A stretch of DNA of 64,000 nt from sequence record NC_019407.1; one strand, written 5' to 3'. Below, in pieces: positions 27,890 to 36,855 of the stretch (position 1 is its first letter; every line of letters starts with the position of its first letter). Under the pieces are notes generated by a model. The model saw nothing but the letters and a program-made list of their open reading frames with translations, was not told the origin of the DNA and ran no database searches. The position numbers were made by a program, and so were the translations under genes.

Positions 27890-28358
27890 TCTGACGATCA
27901 ATCTCGACGCCCTGCCGGCTCCGCCCGAGCCGCCGCCCTACGATTTCCGGGACGATCGCAACCTCGTCCCCCGCGCCCGGATGATCGCCGACGGCCTCCT
28001 GGCCGGCCGCCACATCCTCCACGGCGACGAGCACACCCTGGCGCGCGCCGTGATCGTGCTGCTGGAGGAGCGGGAGAAGAAGGCCAATTCGCCCTGCACC
28101 CTGATCGTCGTCGAGGGCGTGGTCGAGCGCGATCGGCTGCAAAAGCTGCTCGATCCGACCACCAAGGCCTTCCACGTCATCACCCCGATGCAGCGCGGCG
28201 ACGCCACGCGGGGCCGGCGCTATGCGGCGATCTTCGTCCGCTATCCCTCGGCCGCGTGGTTCGACGCCAAGAACGTCGAGACCCACCAGTTCCAGGCTTG
28301 GGAACGCGAGCACCTCTTTCCCCGCCTCCTCAAGGGCGGCCACTTCCAGCACATCTAG
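27882..28358 (+). CDS. Hypothetical protein (158 aa)
   Basis: SD AGGAG. Confidence 0.7.
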   Translation: MADLTINLDALPAPPEPPPYDFRDDRNLVPRARMIADGLLAGRHILHGDEHTLARAVIVLLEEREKKANSPCTLIVVEGVVERDRLQKLLDPTTKAFHVITPMQRGDATRGRRYAAIFVRYPSAAWFDAKNVETHQFQAWEREHLFPRLLKGGHFQHI

Positions 28359-28364
28359 GACCCC

Positions 28365-28529
28365 ATGCAACAGCCCGAAACCATCACCGTCGACGTCCAG
28401 CCGGCCGAAGTCCCCGCGCCCAAGCCGCGCCCGCGCGCCAAGGTCCACGAGCCCCAGCGGTTCAACACCTTCAAGGCCGCCCTGTTCGGCACCACGTCCC
28501 TGATCCAGATCACCCGCTACGCCGGATGA
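28365..28529 (+). CDS. Hypothetical protein (54 aa)
   Basis: Read by eye; SD AGGA; ATGA overlap. Confidence 0.6.
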   Translation: MQQPETITVDVQPAEVPAPKPRPRAKVHEPQRFNTFKAALFGTTSLIQITRYAG

Positions 28530-28795
28530 ACCCCTCCCGCCGCCGCGCGATGCTGGCCCAGATCGAGACCTGCAAGCAGTCGAGCTTGGTCGTCGAGGAG
28601 GCGACCAAGCACTGGCGGCGCGATTACGAGGCCTATCACCACGTGATGGTCTCCGGGCAGGTGGGGCGCTATTCCGAGGAGGCCCTGAAGGCGCTTACCC
28701 TTCAGGCCTCCGCCACCTACGAGGCGCTCTTGGACGCGCTCCGTGTACACGCCAATAACCTCGAACGCCTGCGTTCGCTGCGAGGCCATTTCTGA
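28526..28795 (+). CDS. Hypothetical protein (89 aa)
   Basis: Coupled on both sides. Confidence 0.7.
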   Translation: MNPSRRRAMLAQIETCKQSSLVVEEATKHWRRDYEAYHHVMVSGQVGRYSEEALKALTLQASATYEALLDALRVHANNLERLRSLRGHF

Positions 28796-29235
28796 TGCGT
28801 TACTACCTCGACACCGAGTTCAACGGCTTTGGCGGGGAACTGATCTCCCTGGCCCTGGTCCGCGAGGACGGCAACTGGCTCTATCTGATCTACGAGCCGA
28901 CCCAGCCGATCGATCCCTGGGTCGCCGAGAACGTCATGCCGATCCTGCACCTGCCGGGCCTGCTGCCGATCCACGTCAACCAGGAGGCCGGGGCCGAGTT
29001 CATCGCCCACTTCCTGGCCGGCGACGACGCCGTCGAGATCATCACCGACTGGCCCGACGACATCCGCTATTTCTGCCAGTCGATCATCTCCGGACCGGGC
29101 ATGATGTCGCGCCTCGTCCCGAGCCTGAAGTTCTCGATGATCCGCGCCGACGCCTACCCGACTACCCTGCCGGGCGCGGTGCAGCACAACGCCGTCTGGG
29201 ATGCGCGCGCCCTGCGCCACCTCATGCTCTCGTGA
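28795..29235 (+). CDS. DEDDh-family 3'-5' exonuclease (146 aa)
   Basis: YLDTEF, TDWPDD, HNAVWDARAL. Confidence 0.8.
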   Translation: MRYYLDTEFNGFGGELISLALVREDGNWLYLIYEPTQPIDPWVAENVMPILHLPGLLPIHVNQEAGAEFIAHFLAGDDAVEIITDWPDDIRYFCQSIISGPGMMSRLVPSLKFSMIRADAYPTTLPGAVQHNAVWDARALRHLMLS

Positions 29236-29762
29236 GGCCCACGGCTCGGCGCCGGCGCAAGAAGCCGGCGCGCAACTTCCGGATGATGGCGGCGACCTCG
29301 ACCACGAGCGTCGCCACCCACCGCACCTATCCCGGCAAGCTGATCTCGCCCGCCCCCGGCCACTGCCGCTGGTGCCAGGGCGCCATCCTCAAGCCGGACG
29401 GCTCGATCAATCGCCGCAAGACCTTCTGCTCGCAGGTCTGCGTCTCCCACTACCTGCTGCGCGCCGATCCCGCCGAGATGCGCCGCCACGTCTTCTTCCG
29501 CGACCAGGGCGTCTGCGCCATGTGCAAGAAGCGTTGGCTCTACCTCGACGACGCGTGGCAGGCCGACCACATCGAGCCCCTCTTCCTGGCCTTCGGGGAC
29601 CTCGCCTACTGGGAGCCGGAGAACGTCCAGGTCCTCTGCACCGACCCCTGCCACAAGCAGAAATCGGCCGACGACATGCGCAAATACGGCTTCGTCCTGA
29701 AGCTGACGCGCGAGCAGAAAAAGCCCCAGGAGCGGCGCCGGTTAGCCGAAAGGTTGGGTTAA
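29232..29762 (+). CDS. HNH endonuclease with N-terminal Zn ribbon (176 aa)
   Basis: CRWC..CSQVC; CAMC..WQADHIEPL..NVQVLC..CHKQKS. Confidence 0.8.
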   Translation: MRPTARRRRKKPARNFRMMAATSTTSVATHRTYPGKLISPAPGHCRWCQGAILKPDGSINRRKTFCSQVCVSHYLLRADPAEMRRHVFFRDQGVCAMCKKRWLYLDDAWQADHIEPLFLAFGDLAYWEPENVQVLCTDPCHKQKSADDMRKYGFVLKLTREQKKPQERRRLAERLG

Positions 29763-29776
29763 GTCAAGCGCGTAGT

Positions 29777-29815
29777 GTCATGAATCTTGACATTCGGCGT
29801 ATTTTTTGCTAGGTT
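29777..29815 (+). promoter_or_regulatory. GANTC/-35 promoter upstream of the head genes
   Basis: GTCATGAATC-TTGACA-N17-TAGGTT. Confidence 0.75.
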
Positions 29816-29920
29816 CCCCAGCATCCCGATAGAGGTTGGCATATCCCGACGCCGCCAGCCGTCTCGCAACGCGACGGGTCGTCGCCCATACCACGGGGTC
29901 CGTGGGAAGAGAGAAACTGT

Positions 29921-30712
29921 ATGCCTGTTCTGTCCTACGATACGCTCGACATGGTCCCCGAGGGCCTGCGCGAGTTCGCAAAGCAAGTCGACGGCAGCGA
30001 GAAGTTCCAAGTGAACGTCGTCAGCGCCGCGAAGATCGACGAGTTTCGCGACAACAACATCAAGATTTCGAAGGAGCGCGACGCGCTCCTGGAGAAGGTG
30101 GCCCGGCTGGAGCCGATCGTCGGCGAGGACCCGGACGCCTTCAGCGCCAAGCTGACGGAACTGCAAGCGATCGCCCAGCGCGTCGCCGACGGTGACCTGA
30201 AGGAAGGCCGCGCCCTCGAAGAAGCGCTCCAGAAGCGCACCGAGGAGATGCGGAAGCAGTACGACGACCGTCTTCAGCAGACGGGCAAGGAACGGGCCGC
30301 GTGGCAGGCCAAGCACGATGAACTGGAGCGCCGGTTCAAGCAGTCGCTGGTCAGCAACGCGATCACCGCCGCCGCGATGGCGCAGGGCTCGGGCATCGAC
30401 CCGACCGCGATCACCGAGGTGGTTCGCTCGGGCCTGGACGTGTTCAAGGCCGACGATCAGGGCCGTCTGACCCCCTATGTGGGCGACGCTCCGCTCTACG
30501 GCGCCGACGGTGTCACGCCGATGACGCCGAAGGAATGGCTGCAAAAGCTGAAGGAGGAGAAGCCGTTCTTCTTCCTCAACAGCAGCGGCGGCGGGGCCGG
30601 CGGCGACAAGACCAAGACGGTTCACGGCGTCACGCCGGAGCGTCTGAAGGGCATGTCGGCGGCCGAGCGTCTGGCCATCGCCAATGGCGAGAAGTCGGCG
30701 CGGCTGCGCTAA
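29921..30712 (+). CDS. Capsid scaffolding / head assembly protein (263 aa)
   Basis: Coiled-coil, charged, immediately before the MCP; C-terminal PFFF..S.GGG and MSAAERL motifs. Confidence 0.7.
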   Translation: MPVLSYDTLDMVPEGLREFAKQVDGSEKFQVNVVSAAKIDEFRDNNIKISKERDALLEKVARLEPIVGEDPDAFSAKLTELQAIAQRVADGDLKEGRALEEALQKRTEEMRKQYDDRLQQTGKERAAWQAKHDELERRFKQSLVSNAITAAAMAQGSGIDPTAITEVVRSGLDVFKADDQGRLTPYVGDAPLYGADGVTPMTPKEWLQKLKEEKPFFFLNSSGGGAGGDKTKTVHGVTPERLKGMSAAERLAIANGEKSARLR

Positions 30713-30876
30713 GTCACGAAACCCTGGTTTCGTGATCTGATCTAGGCCCTTCGGGGCGGAGTTGCCGGGCTCTCCTGCAAAAGCCCGGACCGATTTCGCC
30801 CGCACGGGCCAGAGCTTGAGCGCCGATCCTGGCGATCGCTCGAACAAGTCAAGTCATGAAACCCTGGTTTCGTGAC
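30713..30876. repeat. Two copies of the palindrome GTCAYGAAACC-CT-GGTTTCGTGA(C)
   Basis: 30713-30736 and 30853-30876. Confidence 0.9.
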
Positions 30877-30975
30877 AAGAGAATTCCCTCGGTGACGGCC
30901 GGTCGACCGAGGGGCAGACCGAGACGGGGTCCGTCTCTCAACCAGACCGGTGCGAACACCAAGAGGAGCAAGCCA

Positions 30976-31911
30976 ATGGCTGCTGTGACCCTGCTGCAAG
31001 CGTCCGAAATGGCGCTCGGCAACGACGAAGTCAAGCGCGCCGCGATCATCGAACTTTTCGCGACGCCCGACATCCTGCGCGTGATCCCGTTCCTGGACAT
31101 CCAGGGCGGCGCGTACACCTACCTGCAAGAAGGCCAGCTCTCGGGCGTCGCCTTCCGGGGTATCAACGAGTCCTACGACACGTCGACCGGCGTGATCAAC
31201 CCGCAAGTCGAGCGCCTGCGCATCGTCGGCGGTGACCTGGACGTCGACAAGTCCCTGCTGAAGACCCACGGCGCCAACGTGCGTTCGCAGCAGGAGCGCA
31301 TGAAGGTCAAGGCCCTGAGCCTGTACCTCGCCGGCAAGATCATCAACGGCGACTCGGAAGCCGACCCCCGCGAGTTCGACGGTCTGCGCAAGCGCATCAC
31401 CGGTTCGCAACTGTTCCCGGCCGGCGCGACCGCTGGCGGTGACGCCCTGTCGCTGGCCGTCCTGGACGAAGCCATCGACGCGGTCGACGGCGCCACGCAC
31501 CTGATCATGTCGAAGCGCATGCGCAACCTGCTCGCGCAGTCGGCCAACAACCCCAACGTCACCGGCTACGTGTCGTGGGAAAAGGACGAGTTCGGCATGC
31601 GCGTGATGCGCTACGCTGACCTGCCGATCCTGGTCACCGACTACGACGACAAGAACCAGCAGGTCATCGACTTCAACGAAGCCTGCCCTGGCGGCGGCTC
31701 GGCGGTCGGCACCTCGATCTACGTCGTCAACATCGGCGACGAAGGCGTGGTCGGCCTCCAGAACGGCGTCATGGAGATCGAAGACCTCGGTGAGATCGAC
31801 GCCAAGCCGGTTCTGCGCACCCGCGTCGAATGGCTGGTCTCGCTGGCCGTCCTGAGCGGTCGCTCCGCCGCTCGCGTCTGGGGCATCAAGAAGGCCGCCG
31901 TCACCCGCTAA
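30976..31911 (+). CDS. Major capsid protein (311 aa, HK97-like fold presumed)
   Basis: SD GAGGAG; strongly optimised codons; AFRGINESY, GGDLDVDK, FDGLRKRI; position after the scaffold gene. Confidence 0.85.
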   Translation: MAAVTLLQASEMALGNDEVKRAAIIELFATPDILRVIPFLDIQGGAYTYLQEGQLSGVAFRGINESYDTSTGVINPQVERLRIVGGDLDVDKSLLKTHGANVRSQQERMKVKALSLYLAGKIINGDSEADPREFDGLRKRITGSQLFPAGATAGGDALSLAVLDEAIDAVDGATHLIMSKRMRNLLAQSANNPNVTGYVSWEKDEFGMRVMRYADLPILVTDYDDKNQQVIDFNEACPGGGSAVGTSIYVVNIGDEGVVGLQNGVMEIEDLGEIDAKPVLRTRVEWLVSLAVLSGRSAARVWGIKKAAVTR

Positions 31912-31987
31912 GGGTGATGGCTCAGGGGGCTCCGGCCCCCTGACCTTCCTGGTCCTCTCCACCCCCATCTAAGCAGGAAATCCCCAG

Positions 31988-32434
31988 ATGGAATCCAAGA
32001 TTCGTCACCAGTACGACGCGCTCCTGGCGCTTCAGCCGGTCGGCACCGCTGCGGTGACCGCCGACGGCTCGTCCGTCAACGCGGTGGACATCTACCGCAT
32101 CGCCAACGGTCGCGGCGACGTCGCCGGCCGCTACGGCATCGGTTCGTTCGACATCGTGTTCTACTTCAAGTCGGCCGTCACCGGCGGCGCGACCCCGGAG
32201 ACCTACACGATCAACGTCGTGACCACCGACGCCGACGGCGCCAACCCCGTGGTGCAGGAGACCTTCACGGTCGAAAGCACTATGATCGGCGATCCCTACG
32301 TCCTGGCCTTCCACCCGGCCACGCTGAAGCTGAAGGACGCCGACGCCGCCAAGGTGAAGCTGACCATCGACGTGGCCGGCACCGCGCCGTCGCTCGACTT
32401 CTACGCCTTCGTGGCCCCGCACTCGCACCAGTAA
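31988..32434 (+). CDS. Minor capsid / decoration protein (148 aa)
   Basis: Follows the MCP; beta-rich; highly expressed codon style. Confidence 0.65.
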   Translation: MESKIRHQYDALLALQPVGTAAVTADGSSVNAVDIYRIANGRGDVAGRYGIGSFDIVFYFKSAVTGGATPETYTINVVTTDADGANPVVQETFTVESTMIGDPYVLAFHPATLKLKDADAAKVKLTIDVAGTAPSLDFYAFVAPHSHQ

Positions 32435-32469
32435 TGGGCGAGCCGGGTTCCCGGCGTTTGGTCAAAGTC

Positions 32470-32502
32470 AACCCCCGGACCTCGGTCCGGGGGTTTTCTT
32501 TT
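32470..32502 (+). terminator. Intrinsic terminator after the capsid operon
   Basis: AACCCCCGGACC/GGTCCGGGGGTT followed by TTCTTTT. Confidence 0.85.
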
Positions 32503-32522
32503 GGGTGCTGCGGCCCAGAAAT

Positions 32523-32538
32523 GTCGTGAATCTTGACA
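32523..32538 (+). promoter_or_regulatory. GANTC/-35 promoter motif
   Basis: GTCGTGAATCTTGACA. Confidence 0.65.
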
Positions 32539-32626
32539 CAAGGGCCGTTTCATGCCAGAAGTCAAGTCTCTTTTGAGCGCGGCGTTGAAGGGCCGTGCCG
32601 GTCTCCCCCGAAACGGAAAATCCCCC

Positions 32627-33010
32627 ATGAGCAACAAGAACCTCGTGCCCGTCTACTCGCCGGAAGGCAAGAAGGAACTGCACACCCGCCTGAACGCCTA
32701 CGACCTCGTCAATGGCGCGGGCTGGACCTGGAAGCCGGGTGTCGAGACCACGCCGGCCGCGATCCCGCCCTACCGCGCTCCGCCCGTCGGCGCTGAGCCG
32801 GCCCAAGCCGTGCTGGACCGCGCCGGTCACCGCAACGACCGCACCCTGACCGAGGTGGTTGGCGCCGATGACGCCGACGCTGATCTGGACGCCGCCGAGG
32901 ACGAAGTCGTCGAGGACGCCGCCGACGAGGCTCCGGTCGCCGAAGAAGCCCCCGCCGCTCCTGCCGCCCCGGCGGCGCGCGGTCGCGGCCGCAAGCCCAC
33001 GGCGGCCTAA
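32627..33010 (+). CDS. Small acidic protein with C-terminal RGRGRK (127 aa)
   Basis: ATG at 32627; D/E/A/P-rich linker. Confidence 0.75.
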   Translation: MSNKNLVPVYSPEGKKELHTRLNAYDLVNGAGWTWKPGVETTPAAIPPYRAPPVGAEPAQAVLDRAGHRNDRTLTEVVGADDADADLDAAEDEVVEDAADEAPVAEEAPAAPAAPAARGRGRKPTAA

Positions 33011-33013
33011 GCC

Positions 33014-33295
33014 ATGGTGGAACTCGGCTACTTCAGCAAGACCTGGGTGGTGGACGTCACTGCTGCCTCCGACGTCTTCGCCAATCCCGGCAACGGGCAG
33101 ACCTTCATGCTGCGCGCCGACCGCAAGATTCACATCGCGCGGTCGGTGGACAACAACGCCGAGGCCACCACGGGCGACTGCCTCCTCCTGGCCGACGAGC
33201 CCGCCAGCTTCGCTATGGAAGTCGGCGGCTCGATTGCCTTCATCCTGGCCGACGGCGAGACCGACGGCAAAATCTTCATCACCCAGGTGAACTAA
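33014..33295 (+). CDS. Putative virion structural protein (93 aa)
   Basis: Operonic, beta-rich. Confidence 0.7.
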   Translation: MVELGYFSKTWVVDVTAASDVFANPGNGQTFMLRADRKIHIARSVDNNAEATTGDCLLLADEPASFAMEVGGSIAFILADGETDGKIFITQVN

Positions 33296-33298
33296 GCC

Positions 33299-33691
33299 GT
33301 GGCGAACCAGTCCTACAAGCTGCACGACGTGATCATCGCCTACGTCAAGGCCAGCAACCCGGAACTCGGGCTGCTGACCGCCGCTCCGAACCCGGACGGC
33401 ACCGGCGTGGTCGAGCCCAACAGCGTCTACGGCTACGGACGTCAGCCCATCACGTTCGGCACGACCGTGCGCATGACCGGCGTCGACGCCGGCAAGTCCT
33501 CGATCTCCAACACCGTGCCGATCGTCTTCGGCCCGACCGTCACCGACGGCTGGCCGACGGTCACCCACTGGGGCGTGTTCGACGAGAACGGCGACCTGCT
33601 CGACTATGGCCCGCTGCCGGCGACCCGCACCCTGCCGGTCGGCGACTCGATCTCGTTCGGCGTGGGGGCGGTGCAACTCCGCTACGCCTAA
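33299..33691 (+). CDS. Putative virion structural protein (130 aa)
   Basis: WPTVTHWGVFD..G.LL.YG.L..RTL..GD.ISF pattern seen in phage minor structural proteins. Confidence 0.7.
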   Translation: MANQSYKLHDVIIAYVKASNPELGLLTAAPNPDGTGVVEPNSVYGYGRQPITFGTTVRMTGVDAGKSSISNTVPIVFGPTVTDGWPTVTHWGVFDENGDLLDYGPLPATRTLPVGDSISFGVGAVQLRYA

Positions 33692-33694
33692 GCC

Positions 33695-35638
33695 ATGGCC
33701 CGCGTCTGGACCGCACGCGCTGGCGCCCTGGTCCGCTCCGAAGCGGTCCTGGTCTCCAATCTCCAGCAGGCGACCGAGTTCGTCGGCGAGATCGCGTTCG
33801 ACGCCACCCTCAAGCCCTATTCGGGGCAGTCCTCCACCATCGTCGCCGAGTTCGGCCTCGATGGCGACTCGGTCTGGTGGCCGGGCTATCCGGTCGCGTT
33901 CGATCCGCCGTTCCTGATCATCGGCGAGTTCGGGCTGAGCCTGTCGAAGGGCGCCTCGTCGATCTTCCCGTTCGAGTTCGACCGGGGCATCGACGACAAG
34001 ACCTCCCTGGTCCAGGCCCTGAACGACGCCGGCTACACGGGCGGCGGGGGCGGCACGCCCTTCGATGACAGCTTCGACATCGTCCTGAGCGACGGCGACG
34101 AGGATGTCTCGCAAGGCGCACTGGACCTCACCGGCCTGTCGGTCGGCGAGTCGATCGTCAATCTCGACGTCCTGCTCGGCAAGCTGATCCCGCCGATGCC
34201 GCCGGCCTTCCCGAACGGCACCCTGTCGATCAGCAACACCGCCGGCAACGACCCGCGACTGGCGAGCGGCTTCACCGACAACATCGGCTCGGGCCTGACG
34301 GCGGGGACCTCGGTCACCCGCATCACCGCCACCGGCGTCTCGACCTTCGCCTTCAACGACGTCGGTCCGGGCAATGACGGCGTCCTCCAGGCCCTGCTCA
34401 ATGGCGCGGTCGCCGCCACCCGTACCCTGACCGGCGCCGACGAGGGCAACTATTCGGGTCTGGTGATCGCCGACCAGAAGGACTACCCGACCGACCGGCC
34501 GGGCTTCTGGAAGTCGATGGACGTCAGCCTCAACCTCCTGGCGGTTCCGGTCGGGGTCGACAAGATCAGGCTCAATCATACGGCGGCGGGCCAGACCAAC
34601 GAGGTCGTGTTCATCCGTGACACCCTGACGGCGACCCCGACGGTGACGGCCGGCAGCGTGGTGCAGGAGACCGCCGGAACCCTGGCCTATTCGTCGAGCG
34701 TGCCTCACTACGGGACGGGCGCGACCCTGACGGTGGGCATGTCCTACAACAACATCGCAGGGGAGACCTATTACGGCGGCGCGGACCCGGTGTCCATCTC
34801 CGGCTCCAACTCGATCATGACGACCAAGACGCTGAGCTACGGCGCCATTGGCTTCACCACGCCGTTCGCGCGCAACACCACCGCCGCCCAGGCCATCACG
34901 CCCCAATCGGTCGCCATCGACGGCACCAACGTCCACACCTCGGGCGTGATCCAGGGCACGGCGCGCAACGTCAACGGGGCCTCGGCCACGGCGACCCTGT
35001 CGTCGACGGTGATCCTGGTCAAGCGAGGCACGGCGACCGGCAAGCTCGACGAGCTTTCGATCCCGGTCACGGGCATGGGCTCCACCCCCAACGGCCTCAA
35101 CGCCATCCGGGTGGGCCTGGGCGCGGGCGACACCCCGGCCGGCACGCCTCAGTCCTGGGATCAGACGGCGGCGCTCGCCTCGCATGAAGCGGCGGTCGTC
35201 GCCGGCATCATGGGGCACAACCAGAACAACTACGCCACCGGCTACCTCCCGGTGGGTCCCAACCTCTCGGTGGGCCGCACCGGGGCGCAGTACGTCACCC
35301 TGTCGTTCAAGCGCGCCTCGCGTTCGACGTTCCGGATCGCCATCACCGGGTCCTACGCGGGCTGCTGGATCAAGCTGCCGGGCGTCTCGGACGTCCAGCC
35401 CAACGCCCCGAACGGCTGGTGGAATGGCTTCCAGGCCTATGATGGCGCCGGCATCCCCGGCGAGGCCGGCGACCCGAACGCCGGCTGCGCGCTCGGCGCG
35501 GTCATGACCGGAGCCTCCGGGACGTTCCAGATGACCTTCGGTACGGAGTCCTCGACCAACGCGACCAACAACGAAATCCTGGTCCGCTTGAAGTTCAACG
35601 CGGGCCAGAGCCTCACGGCTCTGTCGTTCACGAGCTAA
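33695..35638 (+). CDS. Virion structural protein (647 aa)
   Basis: Thr/Gly/Ser-rich beta protein in the structural operon. Confidence 0.75.
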   Translation: MARVWTARAGALVRSEAVLVSNLQQATEFVGEIAFDATLKPYSGQSSTIVAEFGLDGDSVWWPGYPVAFDPPFLIIGEFGLSLSKGASSIFPFEFDRGIDDKTSLVQALNDAGYTGGGGGTPFDDSFDIVLSDGDEDVSQGALDLTGLSVGESIVNLDVLLGKLIPPMPPAFPNGTLSISNTAGNDPRLASGFTDNIGSGLTAGTSVTRITATGVSTFAFNDVGPGNDGVLQALLNGAVAATRTLTGADEGNYSGLVIADQKDYPTDRPGFWKSMDVSLNLLAVPVGVDKIRLNHTAAGQTNEVVFIRDTLTATPTVTAGSVVQETAGTLAYSSSVPHYGTGATLTVGMSYNNIAGETYYGGADPVSISGSNSIMTTKTLSYGAIGFTTPFARNTTAAQAITPQSVAIDGTNVHTSGVIQGTARNVNGASATATLSSTVILVKRGTATGKLDELSIPVTGMGSTPNGLNAIRVGLGAGDTPAGTPQSWDQTAALASHEAAVVAGIMGHNQNNYATGYLPVGPNLSVGRTGAQYVTLSFKRASRSTFRIAITGSYAGCWIKLPGVSDVQPNAPNGWWNGFQAYDGAGIPGEAGDPNAGCALGAVMTGASGTFQMTFGTESSTNATNNEILVRLKFNAGQSLTALSFTS

Positions 35639-35647
35639 GGGGCGGCC

Positions 35648-36346
35648 ATGGCGATCAACAGCACTGAACTCGTCGACCGGCTGATCAAGCTGGTCGCCTT
35701 CGGGGTCACCAAGACCGGCAAGGCCTCCGACAAGACCGGCTCCAACGAGTCGATCCCCTCGCCGACCGTGGTGTTCCCCGAGAACATCTGGAACGAGAAG
35801 GCGCTGCTGCCGGCGACGCCGCCGACGGCCGACACCGCCCAGGTCAAGGTCTATTCAGGCGCCACCCGCATCCGGGCGACCGCCGATCCGACCGCCCAGC
35901 CCAACGAGACGTGGCTGGCGACCTCGACCTACGGCACGCCGTCCACCCGGCTGACGAACTTCATCGCCCCCTCGGTGGCGGGCTCGGGCTACGCGGCCCG
36001 CGTCTTCATCGGGGACCCCAACACCGGCCCGGCGGCCCGTATCTTCCCCGACACCACGGGCGAGGAATGGACCTTCGACTACATCGCCGGCGTCCTCAAC
36101 TTCCCGACCGCCGTGCCGGGCTCCAAGACCGCCACCATCGGTTCGGGGAGCGTGAGCATCGCGGCCAACGGCATCTATCTCGAACTCTACCGCTACATCG
36201 GGGCTACCGGCGGCGGCGGAGGCGGGGTCGACCCCGACACCCTCGGCACCATGGCGTACCAGGATGCCGACGCGGTCGCCATCACCGGAGGCGACATCAG
36301 CAATGTCGTCTTCACCAACGTCACCATCGACGGTGGAACCTTCTAA
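35648..36346 (+). CDS. Virion structural protein (232 aa)
   Basis: Operonic; ends in IDGGTF. Confidence 0.75.
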   Translation: MAINSTELVDRLIKLVAFGVTKTGKASDKTGSNESIPSPTVVFPENIWNEKALLPATPPTADTAQVKVYSGATRIRATADPTAQPNETWLATSTYGTPSTRLTNFIAPSVAGSGYAARVFIGDPNTGPAARIFPDTTGEEWTFDYIAGVLNFPTAVPGSKTATIGSGSVSIAANGIYLELYRYIGATGGGGGGVDPDTLGTMAYQDADAVAITGGDISNVVFTNVTIDGGTF

Positions 36347-36365
36347 CCCCCAGGAGCCCTGAACC

Positions 36366-36782
36366 ATGGCCTCTCTCGTCTATAACTCCATGCTGCACGA
36401 TCTGGTCAACGGCGACATCGCCTTTGACACCGACACCTTCAAGGTGATGCTGGTGACCTCGGCCTACACGCCGAACAAGGACACCCACACCCGCAAGAAC
36501 CAAGTCACCAACGAGGTGACGGGCGCGGGCTACACCGCTGGCGGACAGAACTCGGCCGTGACCATCACGCCCGACACCGCCAACGACCGCGAGGACCTGT
36601 CCTTCGCCACGGTCACCTGGACCAGCGCCACCATCACCGCCCGCGCGGCCGTGATCTACAAGGACACCGGCACGGCCGCGACCTCGCCGCTGATCGCCTA
36701 TGTCGACTTCGGCACGGACGTGTCGTCGACCAACGCGAACTTCGCCGTGTCGTTCTCGTCGCCGCTGCGCTTCCAGAACTAA
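36366..36782 (+). CDS. Virion structural protein (138 aa)
   Basis: FDTDTFKVML...EV.G.GYTAGG motif common in phage minor structural proteins; SD AGGAG. Confidence 0.75.
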   Translation: MASLVYNSMLHDLVNGDIAFDTDTFKVMLVTSAYTPNKDTHTRKNQVTNEVTGAGYTAGGQNSAVTITPDTANDREDLSFATVTWTSATITARAAVIYKDTGTAATSPLIAYVDFGTDVSSTNANFAVSFSSPLRFQN

Positions 36783-36787
36783 GCCCT

Positions 36788-36816
36788 AAGTCACGATTCC
36801 AGAGGATCGTGACTTA
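36788..36816. repeat. Palindrome TAAGTCACGAT...ATCGTGACTTA
   Basis: GTCACG-N12-CGTGAC family member. Confidence 0.8.
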
Positions 36817-36855
36817 GTCCGCCTCTTCGTCTCCGCCGCCTCAAGGGTCTTCGCG

